Source: Bacteroidales bacterium UBA3388
GTDB lineage: Bacteria > Bacteroidota > Bacteroidia > Bacteroidales > P3
DNA: 64,000 nucleotides
NCBI GenBank assembly: GCA_002358855.1
Contig: DEPQ01000067.1
Span: 1,106 to 65,105, forward strand
Reading direction: 5' to 3'
The notes under the pieces were generated by a model. The model was not told the origin of the DNA, ran no database searches, and worked only from the letters and a program-made list of their open reading frames with translations. The position numbers and the translations under genes were made by a program. Below, piece by piece: positions 39,285 to 46,753 of the stretch. Each line of letters begins with the position of its first letter. Within the stretch, counting starts at the first letter, position 1.

Positions 39285-40086
39285 CAACATTAAAGTCTCT
39301 TAACGCATCGTTGAGAGACGTTTTTTTATCTGTGGATTCTTTGCGTTTGCCTATTATTAAAGCACAATTTACGTTGTATTCGCCTGCTGGGAATTTTTTT
39401 GTGTAGCTTCCTGGTATTACTACCGAGTTTTCTGGAACTATTCCTTTGTATTCTATTGGTTCTTCGCCCGATACGTCTATTATTTTGGTGGATTGTGTGA
39501 TTACTGTATTGGCTCCAAGTACGGCTCCTTGTTTTATTATTGCTCCTTCTACAACTATGCAACGTGAACCTATGAAACAATTATCTTCTATAATAACAGG
39601 ATTTGCTCCAACAGGCTCTAACACTCCGCCAATGCCGACTCCTCCTGCAAGGTGTACGTTTTTGCCAATTTGTGCACAGCTTCCAACTGTCGCCCAAGTA
39701 TCTACCATTGTTCCTTCATCAACATACGCTCCAATATTTACGAAACTTGGCATCATTATACAGCCTTTTGCAAGAAAACTGCCATATCGTGCAACTGCGG
39801 GAGGGACACATCTTATTTGAAGCTCGTTATAATTTTGTTTTGTTGGTATTTTGTCCCAGAATTTTAAGTCTTCGGCTTGCATATCTTTTGTTTCGCAAAG
39901 TGGAAAGTACATTATAATTGCTTTTTTTACCCATTGGTTTACTTTCCATTCGTTTTCTGTTTTTTCAGCTACACGAATTTCACCTTTATCAAGCAATTCT
40001 ATAATCTCAAATATTGCTTTTTTTGTGTTTTCTTCTTTTAATAACTCACGATTGAGCCAAGCATTTTCTATTATCTCTTTATACAT
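39277..40086 (-). CDS. dapD: 2,3,4,5-tetrahydropyridine-2,6-dicarboxylate N-succinyltransferase
   Basis: Left-handed beta-helix hexapeptide repeats (IGKNVHLAGGVGIGGVLEP, IIEDNCFIGSRCIVVEG). DapD-type N-terminal helical domain. Confidence 0.9.
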   Translation of the reverse strand: MYKEIIENAWLNRELLKEENTKKAIFEIIELLDKGEIRVAEKTENEWKVNQWVKKAIIMYFPLCETKDMQAEDLKFWDKIPTKQNYNELQIRCVPPAVARYGSFLAKGCIMMPSFVNIGAYVDEGTMVDTWATVGSCAQIGKNVHLAGGVGIGGVLEPVGANPVIIEDNCFIGSRCIVVEGAIIKQGAVLGANTVITQSTKIIDVSGEEPIEYKGIVPENSVVIPGSYTKKFPAGEYNVNCALIIGKRKESTDKKTSLNDALRDFNVAI

Positions 40087-40268
40087 ATTTATATGTCTTT
40101 GTTATTTGTTGGCAAAATTATGAAAAAAAATCCTATTTTAGTTTTAAACAGTTTTGTAATGTTGTTTTAGTTTGATTTTCAGAATGTAAAATATTTTTTT
40201 AACAATGAAATGTTTTGATTTTTATTCTTTTTTTTATAGAAAATGTTTGTTGTTTTGTTGAATGTTAC

Positions 40269-40276
40269 TATATTTG
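40269..40276 (+). promoter_or_regulatory. -7 box (TATATTTG) for the T9SS cargo genes
   Basis: TAnnTTTG followed by CAAA. 50 nt upstream of the ATG at 40327. Confidence 0.5.
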
Positions 40277-40326
40277 CAAAACAATGTTAAGAAAAGGAAA
40301 TTAATTATTAACAAAAATTTAAGAAA

Positions 40327-41259
40327 ATGAAAAAAATTATTCTTTCAGTCCTTGCATTAGGACTATCAATGGGCTTAATGGCTCAAAAAGCAATGGTTTC
40401 TTCTGCTAATTTAGATGGAACTCAAACTTTAACTGCTGTTAAAGCTACAGCAACTCAAGCTCCAAAAGCAACAAGCACTTATTATCCAGAAGCTTTTAAT
40501 GATTGTGCATCTTTAGAAGAGCCTCTTTGGTACACTTTCGATTATGAAGGATACACACTGTATGTAACAGGTTCTGGTATGTTCGGTGGTGTTGCTCAAG
40601 GATACGCATTATCATCAGCTGTTCAAGTAAAAGGAGCAGAAATATTCATGATGAACGGTTGGCCTGAGGGAGACGAAGCTGAACCAGATGTAGTTTTAAT
40701 GAATGCTGATTTATCAGAAGAATTAGCTTTAACAACTTATTCTACAGCTGACGCAGGTCTTGAAGGATTTGTTCCTGTAACAGTAAACTTCGCTAACCCA
40801 CAAACTGTTTCTTCTTTTGCTATAGCAGTATATTTCCCAGAATATACTCAAACTTCAACAGATATTATAGTTGCTACAACTGAAGCTGGATGTAGCTCAG
40901 GAAACGATAACTATTTATTATACAATGGAGAATGGACTTCACCTGCAGACTTATTCGACGGTTTTGATGTTGACATGTTTATTTTCCCTATAATAGAAGG
41001 ATCAGTTGGTTTAACAGAAGCTGATGTTGAAACATTATCTTACATTTTCCCTAACCCTGCAAAAGATGAAGTTATGGTTGCTTCTTCTTTAACAATGGAA
41101 AGAGTTGAAATCGTTAATATGTTAGGTCAAGTTGTTTTCGTAGCTGACGTAAACGCTAACTCAGTAAAAGTAAACACTGCTGAAATGGGTGCTGGTAACT
41201 ACTTAGTTAAAATGTACACAGAAGCAGGAATGGCAACTAAAAAATTAGTAGTTGAATAA
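40327..41259 (+). CDS. Secreted protein with T9SS C-terminal sorting domain
   Basis: Signal peptide ending GLMAQ. C-terminal about 75 aa Por-secretion-tail pattern (IFPNPAKDEVMV...GNYLVKMYTEAGMATKKLVVE). Confidence 0.8.
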   Translation: MKKIILSVLALGLSMGLMAQKAMVSSANLDGTQTLTAVKATATQAPKATSTYYPEAFNDCASLEEPLWYTFDYEGYTLYVTGSGMFGGVAQGYALSSAVQVKGAEIFMMNGWPEGDEAEPDVVLMNADLSEELALTTYSTADAGLEGFVPVTVNFANPQTVSSFAIAVYFPEYTQTSTDIIVATTEAGCSSGNDNYLLYNGEWTSPADLFDGFDVDMFIFPIIEGSVGLTEADVETLSYIFPNPAKDEVMVASSLTMERVEIVNMLGQVVFVADVNANSVKVNTAEMGAGNYLVKMYTEAGMATKKLVVE

Positions 41260-41282
41260 TAACGAAATAATTTAGTTAATTG

Positions 41283-41318
41283 CAGAACTAAACCTCAAAG
41301 GGTTTAGTTCTGTTTTTT
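41283..41318 (+). terminator. Intrinsic terminator after the first T9SS cargo gene
   Basis: 12-bp perfect stem CAGAACTAAACC / GGTTTAGTTCTG followed by TTTTTT. Confidence 0.85.
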
Positions 41319-41345
41319 GTTTAATAAAAATTTTTAAAAAATCAA

Positions 41346-43061
41346 ATGAAGAAATTATCAGTTTTAATGCTTTCGTTAGTGATGACTTTCGGAGCAATGG
41401 CTCAAAACTTCACTTTCCAAAAAGGAGAAAAGACTTTTGAGCAAAAAGCAATTGAGTACGCAAAGCAAAAAAGAAGTGGCGTACATCACCAAACACCAAA
41501 AACAAACCCTGCTGTTGCAATTACAATCAACGATATTCAAGCAGGAACTGTAAATGCAACATTTACTCCTGCTGAAAATGTAACTAAATATTATTTCTGT
41601 GGTACAGAAACAGGAATGATTGAAGAGTTAGTAGAATTTTATGAAATGTTTGGATTGTCAATGACAGTTGCAGAATACATAACTTACGTTGCACAAGATT
41701 CTGCTACTGCTGAATTAACAGTAGATGTAGTAGATTTTACACCAAACACAGCTTCTTCAATTTATGTTGCAGCTTTGTTAAACGATGGTACATACGAAGT
41801 AATCACTTCTGACTTTACAACACTTTCTCTTGGTGGTTCAGGAGATGCTACTTTGACAATAAATGTATATGATGTAGCACAAACTTCTGCTTTCATTTCA
41901 ATAACTCCAAATGATCAATCAGCACACTACGGATTAGTACTTACAACACAAGAAGAGTTAGATGAAATTGGTTTTACTACAGATTCGTTAATAGCATACT
42001 TTAACGGAACAGAATATCAAAAATACTATTATGAATTAGATGAAGAAATGCCAGGCTTAGATCCTTCAACTGAATATTTAGTTTATGCAATGGCATTCAA
42101 CGCTGACGGAGTTGCAAGTGAACTTTATGAAGTTAGCTTCACAACTACTTACTATGGAGGAGAAGGTCTTGCAGAAGTTGCAATGACTGCTACAAATCCA
42201 ACTGCTAATAGTTTTGATATTTCGTTTGTTCCTAACGATCAAACAAATTATTACTACTATCTAATTGCAGATCAATCATTCTACACTGAATTAGGCTTAG
42301 AAACAACAGCTGATATCGCTGCTTGGGCTCAAGCTAATCAACAAAAAAATTACGGAGAATTAGCAGGAACAGTTGGCGATTTAGTAATGGGAACAGAATA
42401 TATTTGTTATGCTATTCCTTTCAATGCAAACAACGAATTAGGAACAGTAGCTCAAACAACAATAACTACACTTTCTCTTGGTGGAACAGGTGTTGCAGAA
42501 GTTGAAATAGTAGTTGAAAATGTTGAAGCTACAACTTTTGACGTTACATTCACAATGAACGAAGAAACAGCTTACTATTACTACCTAATAGCAGAAGAAT
42601 CAGTATTAGAAGAGTATGGTTTAACAACACAAGATGCTATTTTAGATTATTTTGCACAATACGGAGAAGCATCATACGAAGATTTAGGTGGTACAATTGC
42701 TGATTGTGTTGAAGGAACTATAATGAAAGTTTACACATTCCCTTACAATGCAAACAATACATTAGGAACAGTAAATACAGTTGATATTTTAATGGGCGAA
42801 GGAGTTGTAGGATTAAACGATGTTATGACAAACGTAGAAGCAAACCTTTATCCAAACCCTGCAAACAGTCATATCAATGTTTCATCACTTTCAATCATAG
42901 ACAGAGTTCAAATAACAAACGTATTAGGACAAGTAGTTATGACAAAAGAAATAGGAGCTAACGGAGCAAACATCAATATTGAATCTCTTGAAGCAGGAAA
43001 TTATTTCGTAACTATTTACACTAATCAAGGAGTTGCAACAAAGAAATTATTAGTAAAATAG
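41346..43061 (+). CDS. Secreted repeat protein (4 x about 108 aa) with T9SS C-terminal sorting domain
   Basis: Signal peptide ending GAMAQ. Four tandem modules at aa 54-159, 160-267, 268-375 and 376-483. C-terminal LYPNPANSHINV...GNYFVTIYTNQGVATKKLLVK. Confidence 0.85.
   Translation: MKKLSVLMLSLVMTFGAMAQNFTFQKGEKTFEQKAIEYAKQKRSGVHHQTPKTNPAVAITINDIQAGTVNATFTPAENVTKYYFCGTETGMIEELVEFYEMFGLSMTVAEYITYVAQDSATAELTVDVVDFTPNTASSIYVAALLNDGTYEVITSDFTTLSLGGSGDATLTINVYDVAQTSAFISITPNDQSAHYGLVLTTQEELDEIGFTTDSLIAYFNGTEYQKYYYELDEEMPGLDPSTEYLVYAMAFNADGVASELYEVSFTTTYYGGEGLAEVAMTATNPTANSFDISFVPNDQTNYYYYLIADQSFYTELGLETTADIAAWAQANQQKNYGELAGTVGDLVMGTEYICYAIPFNANNELGTVAQTTITTLSLGGTGVAEVEIVVENVEATTFDVTFTMNEETAYYYYLIAEESVLEEYGLTTQDAILDYFAQYGEASYEDLGGTIADCVEGTIMKVYTFPYNANNTLGTVNTVDILMGEGVVGLNDVMTNVEANLYPNPANSHINVSSLSIIDRVQITNVLGQVVMTKEIGANGANINIESLEAGNYFVTIYTNQGVATKKLLVK
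41505..42794 (+). repeat. Coding tandem repeat: four about 324-nt (108-aa) modules within the T9SS cargo gene
   Basis: Module boundaries are marked by TT(L/Y)(S/Y)(L)GG(S/E/T)G. Each has the core N(D/E)(Q/E)(S/T)..Y(Y)YL(I/V) and ends F(N)ANN.LGTV/FNADGVASE. Confidence 0.8.
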
Positions 43062-43089
43062 TTTCAGAAAAAAACTCTTTACTTTTTTT

Positions 43090-43164
43090 AAATAAATCAA
43101 AGAAAAATTTAATTTTTTCTTTGATTTATTTTTTTATTTCTTTGATTTATTTTTCCTATCTTTG
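43090..43164. repeat. 42-nt perfect palindromic element (18-bp arms, 6-nt loop) plus inverted 21-bp units; copy 1
   Basis: AAATAAATCAAAGAAAAA-TTTAAT-TTTTTCTTTGATTTATTT at 43090-43131. CTTTG at 43119, 43140 and 43160. Confidence 0.9.
43157..43164 (+). promoter_or_regulatory. -7 box (TATCTTTG) for argS
   Basis: TAnnTTTG followed by CAAA. 32 nt upstream of the ATG at 43197. In phase with the preceding repeat units. Confidence 0.5.
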
Positions 43165-43196
43165 CAAAGTAATAATTTAACATAAGTAAGCAAAGA

Positions 43197-44972
43197 ATGG
43201 AAACTAAATTACAATCACTTATATCAAAAGCTTTTCAAGATTTATTTAATTGTGAAGTAGAAGAAAGCACAATTTCATTGACAGCAACCAAAAAAGAGTT
43301 TAAAGGAGACTTTACTTTGGTTGTTTTTCCTTTTTTACAAAAATGCGGAGAAAAGAATCCCGTAGCCTTAGCTCAAAAAATAGGCGAATATGTTGTAGAA
43401 AAATCGGAAGAAATAGAAGGATTTAACGTAATAAAAGGCTTTTTGAACTTTGAAATATCACCAAAATATTGGTTGAAATTCTTAAATGATAACTATCAAA
43501 ACACAAATTATGGTTATCAACCAAAGAAAGACGATAAGACAATAGTAATAGAATACTCTTCACCAAACACAAATAAACCTCTTCACTTAGGTCATATAAG
43601 AAATAACTTACTTGGCTGGTCTGTTGCTCAAATTTTGAAAGCAAATGGATACGATGTGAAAAAAGTAAACTTGGTTAATGACCGTGGAATACACATTTGT
43701 AAATCTATGCTTGCGTGGCAAAAATTTTCTGCGGGAGAAACACCAGAAAAAAGCGGAATGAAGGGCGATCACTTAGTAGGAAAATATTATGTTGAATTTG
43801 ATAAAGCCTATAAAGCAGAGATTGCCGATTTGGTTGCAAAGGGAATTGAAAAGGAAGAGGCAGAAAAAACTGCTCCAATTTTGCTTGAAGCACAAGCAAT
43901 GTTGAAAAAATGGGAGGAAAAGGACGAAGAAGTATTGAATCTTTGGAAAACGATGAACGGTTGGGTGTATGAAGGATTTGATGCTACATATAAACAACTT
44001 GGAGTGGACTTTGACAAAGTTTATTACGAATCAGAAACATTTCTTTTAGGAAAAGATTTAGTTCAACAAGGCTTAGAAAAGGGTGTTTTCTATAAAAGAG
44101 AAGACGGATCGGTTTGGATAGACCTTACAGCAGATGGATTAGACGAAAAACTCTTATTAAGAAAAGATGGAACCTCAGTTTATATGACACAAGACTTAGG
44201 AACAGCATGTTTACGTCATAAAGACTTTGATTCAGATAGACTTATATATGTGGTAGGTAATGAACAAAACTATCACTTTGCAGTTTTGAAACTTGTTTTG
44301 CAAAAATTAGGAATGCAATGGTCAGACAATCTATATCATCTCTCATACGGAATGGTAGAATTGCCTAACGGAAAAATGAAATCAAGAGAAGGAACGGTTG
44401 TAGATGCCGATGATTTGATGCAACAAATGGTAGAAACTGCAAAAAATCAAACATTAGAACACGGAAAGACAGAAGGCTTTACCGAAGAACAAGCAATAGA
44501 ACTTTATAATCAATTATCCTTAGGAGCATTGAAATATTTTATTTTGAAAGTTGACCCAAAAAAGAATATGTTGTTTAATCCTGAGGAATCAATTGACTTT
44601 AATGGAAACACAGGTCCATTTATTCAATACACTCACGCAAGAGCTTGTTCAATTATTCGTAAGAGTGGAAACAGTGAATTGAAATTAGAAGGAGATATAA
44701 CCTTTAATGAAAAAGAATTAGAGGTAATAAAAACCTTACATTCATTCTCAGCCGTTGTTCAACAAGCAGGAAAAACCTATTCTCCTGCACTAATTGCGAA
44801 CTATGTTTACGAATTAGCAAAGAACTTCAACACATTCTATCAAGATACGCCAATTTTGAAAGAAGAAGACGAAAAATTGAAAAATATGCGTTTGTGTCTA
44901 ACTTATTTCACTGCAAATACAATAAAAATTGCAATGAGTTTGTTAGGAATACAAGTACCGGAAAGAATGTAA
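43197..44972 (+). CDS. argS: Arginine--tRNA ligase
   Basis: HIGH-type motif SSPNTNKPLHLGHIRN, KMSKS-like GKMKSREG, anticodon-binding C-terminus. Confidence 0.95.
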   Translation: METKLQSLISKAFQDLFNCEVEESTISLTATKKEFKGDFTLVVFPFLQKCGEKNPVALAQKIGEYVVEKSEEIEGFNVIKGFLNFEISPKYWLKFLNDNYQNTNYGYQPKKDDKTIVIEYSSPNTNKPLHLGHIRNNLLGWSVAQILKANGYDVKKVNLVNDRGIHICKSMLAWQKFSAGETPEKSGMKGDHLVGKYYVEFDKAYKAEIADLVAKGIEKEEAEKTAPILLEAQAMLKKWEEKDEEVLNLWKTMNGWVYEGFDATYKQLGVDFDKVYYESETFLLGKDLVQQGLEKGVFYKREDGSVWIDLTADGLDEKLLLRKDGTSVYMTQDLGTACLRHKDFDSDRLIYVVGNEQNYHFAVLKLVLQKLGMQWSDNLYHLSYGMVELPNGKMKSREGTVVDADDLMQQMVETAKNQTLEHGKTEGFTEEQAIELYNQLSLGALKYFILKVDPKKNMLFNPEESIDFNGNTGPFIQYTHARACSIIRKSGNSELKLEGDITFNEKELEVIKTLHSFSAVVQQAGKTYSPALIANYVYELAKNFNTFYQDTPILKEEDEKLKNMRLCLTYFTANTIKIAMSLLGIQVPERM

Positions 44973-44992
44973 TAAAGAAAAAATTTTTTGCA

Positions 44993-45271
44993 ATGGAAGA
45001 AATCTTAACACAAACAATAGAAAAAACATCTCTTGAAGACACAATGGAGGGAGGAAATGAACTTCTTGTTTTTAACGATGACGTACATACTTTTGATTAT
45101 GTAATAGATTGTTTGCAGAAAATCTGTAAATTAAGCAAAGAACAAGCCGTTACTTGTACTAATATCATACATTACAAAGGTCTTTGTGTGGTTAAACACG
45201 GCACATACGATACTTTGAAAATTATGTGTGTGGAATTGGAAAAAAAAGGATTGAGTTGCGAGGTTAGATAA
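44993..45271 (+). CDS. clpS: ATP-dependent Clp protease adaptor ClpS
   Basis: LLVFNDDVHTFDYVIDCLQKICKLSKEQA core. ATG at 44993 is chosen because the longer track ORF overlaps the argS 3' end. Confidence 0.85.
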   Translation: MEEILTQTIEKTSLEDTMEGGNELLVFNDDVHTFDYVIDCLQKICKLSKEQAVTCTNIIHYKGLCVVKHGTYDTLKIMCVELEKKGLSCEVR

Positions 45272-45292
45272 TAATATAAAAATAAAAAAGAT

Positions 45293-45760
45293 ATGAGTTT
45301 ATTTGTGATTTTATTGATTTTATTAGGAGGATTAGCCCTTGTAGTGCTTGAATTCTTAGCCGTACCGGGTACAACTATTGTAGGACTTAGCGGATTAGGA
45401 CTTTTGATATACGGAAACTATGAAATTTTTCAAGCCTACGATGATTCTTGGGGATATATCTCAATTTTGATTTGCTCTATTATTTGCTTGGGATTATTAT
45501 TCTATTCTTTGAGAGCAAAAACTTGGAAAAGATTTTCTCTAAACGCATCAATAGACTCAAAAGTCAATGTGATAGATGAGAAAATCAAAGTAGGAGATAA
45601 GGGAGTTGCTATTACACGCTTAGCACCTGTTGGAATGGCAGAATTTAATGGAGAAAGAATGGAAGTTTACACCTCTACATCTTACATAGAGGCTAAAACA
45701 GCTTTGGAAGTAGAAGCAATAGAGGGAAATAAAGTAAGAGTAAAAGTAATAAATAATTAA
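45293..45760 (+). CDS. NfeD-family membrane protein (OB-fold C-terminus)
   Basis: Three N-terminal TM helices plus GDKGVAITRLAPVGMAEFNGERMEV. Immediately upstream of the SPFH gene. Confidence 0.8.
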   Translation: MSLFVILLILLGGLALVVLEFLAVPGTTIVGLSGLGLLIYGNYEIFQAYDDSWGYISILICSIICLGLLFYSLRAKTWKRFSLNASIDSKVNVIDEKIKVGDKGVAITRLAPVGMAEFNGERMEVYTSTSYIEAKTALEVEAIEGNKVRVKVINN

Positions 45761-45772
45761 AAATAAAAAGTT

Positions 45773-46753
45773 ATGAATGCATCTATCTTTGGAATTATAC
45801 TCATTGTAGTATTCCTAATTGTATTTCTTTATTTGGTTCCAATCAATCAATGGTTCCAATGTGTGCTTAATGGAGTTAGAATATCGATTGTGCAATTGAT
45901 ATTTATGCGTTGGAGAAAAGTTCCACCAGCAGTTATTGTTAATGCAATGATTAACTCAAAGAAAGCAGGATTAAATTTGAGTGCAGACTTATTAGAAGCC
46001 CACTATTTAGCAGGAGGACACGTTAGAAGTGTGGTTAATGCTTTGATTTCTGCTGATAAGGCTAATATGTCTTTGGATTTCAAAACAGCAACAGCAATTG
46101 ACCTTGCAGGAAGAGATGTTTTAGAAGCTGTACAAATGTCTGTAAATCCAAAAGTCTTAGACACACCAGCTGTAACTGCTGTTGCAAGTAATGGTATTCA
46201 ATTGATTGTTAAAGCGAGAGTTACAGTTAGAGCAAATATTCGTCAATTAGTAGGAGGTGCAGGAGAAGAAACTGTTCTTGCACGTGTTGGAGAAGGTATT
46301 GTAACTGCAATTGGTTCAGCAAAAAATCATGCAGAAGTGTTAGAAAACCCTGATTCAATTTCTAAACTTGTGCTTTCAAAAGGTTTAGACACAGGAACAG
46401 CGTTTGAAATTCTTTCAATCGATATAGCAGATATTGATGTGGGAAAAAATATCGGTGCACAATTGCAAATGGATCAAGCATACGCTGATAAAAATATTGC
46501 ACAAGCAAGAGCAGAAGAAAGACGTGCAATGGCGATTGCGGTAGAACAAGAAATGAAAGCAAAAGCCCAAGAAATGAGAGCTAAGGTTATTGAAGCAGAA
46601 GCAGAGGTTCCTTTGGCAATGTCGGAAGCCTTTAAAAAAGGTAACTTAGGTATTATGGATTATTACAGAATGCAAAACATAAAAGCAGATACTGAAATGC
46701 GTGAAAGCATAGCAAAACCTGTAATTGATGCACCGACAAAAGAAAGTAAATGA
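45773..46753 (+). CDS. floA: Flotillin-like protein FloA (SPFH domain, UPF0365/YqfA family)
   Basis: N-terminal [27 protein letters not shown], and an Ala/Glu-rich coiled coil ([36 protein letters not shown]). Confidence 0.85.
   Translation: MNASIFGIILIVVFLIVFLYLVPINQWFQCVLNGVRISIVQLIFMRWRKVPPAVIVNAMINSKKAGLNLSADLLEAHYLAGGHVRSVVNALISADKANMSLDFKTATAIDLAGRDVLEAVQMSVNPKVLDTPAVTAVASNGIQLIVKARVTVRANIRQLVGGAGEETVLARVGEGIVTAIGSAKNHAEVLENPDSISKLVLSKGLDTGTAFEILSIDIADIDVGKNIGAQLQMDQAYADKNIAQARAEERRAMAIAVEQEMKAKAQEMRAKVIEAEAEVPLAMSEAFKKGNLGIMDYYRMQNIKADTEMRESIAKPVIDAPTKESK

Noticed and set aside
39326-40123. Cluster of overlapping ORFs of 70-124 aa on both strands within dapD.
   Set aside because: These are open antisense or alternate frames caused by the repetitive hexapeptide-repeat coding sequence. 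The translations are low-complexity with no motifs, and dapD fully accounts for the region.
40140-40290. Six AATGT(T) motifs in the long spacer upstream of the T9SS cargo gene as a possible operator array.
   Set aside because: The spacings are irregular (25, 26, 33, 19, 22 nt), and a 5-mer of this composition is expected by chance in AT-rich DNA.
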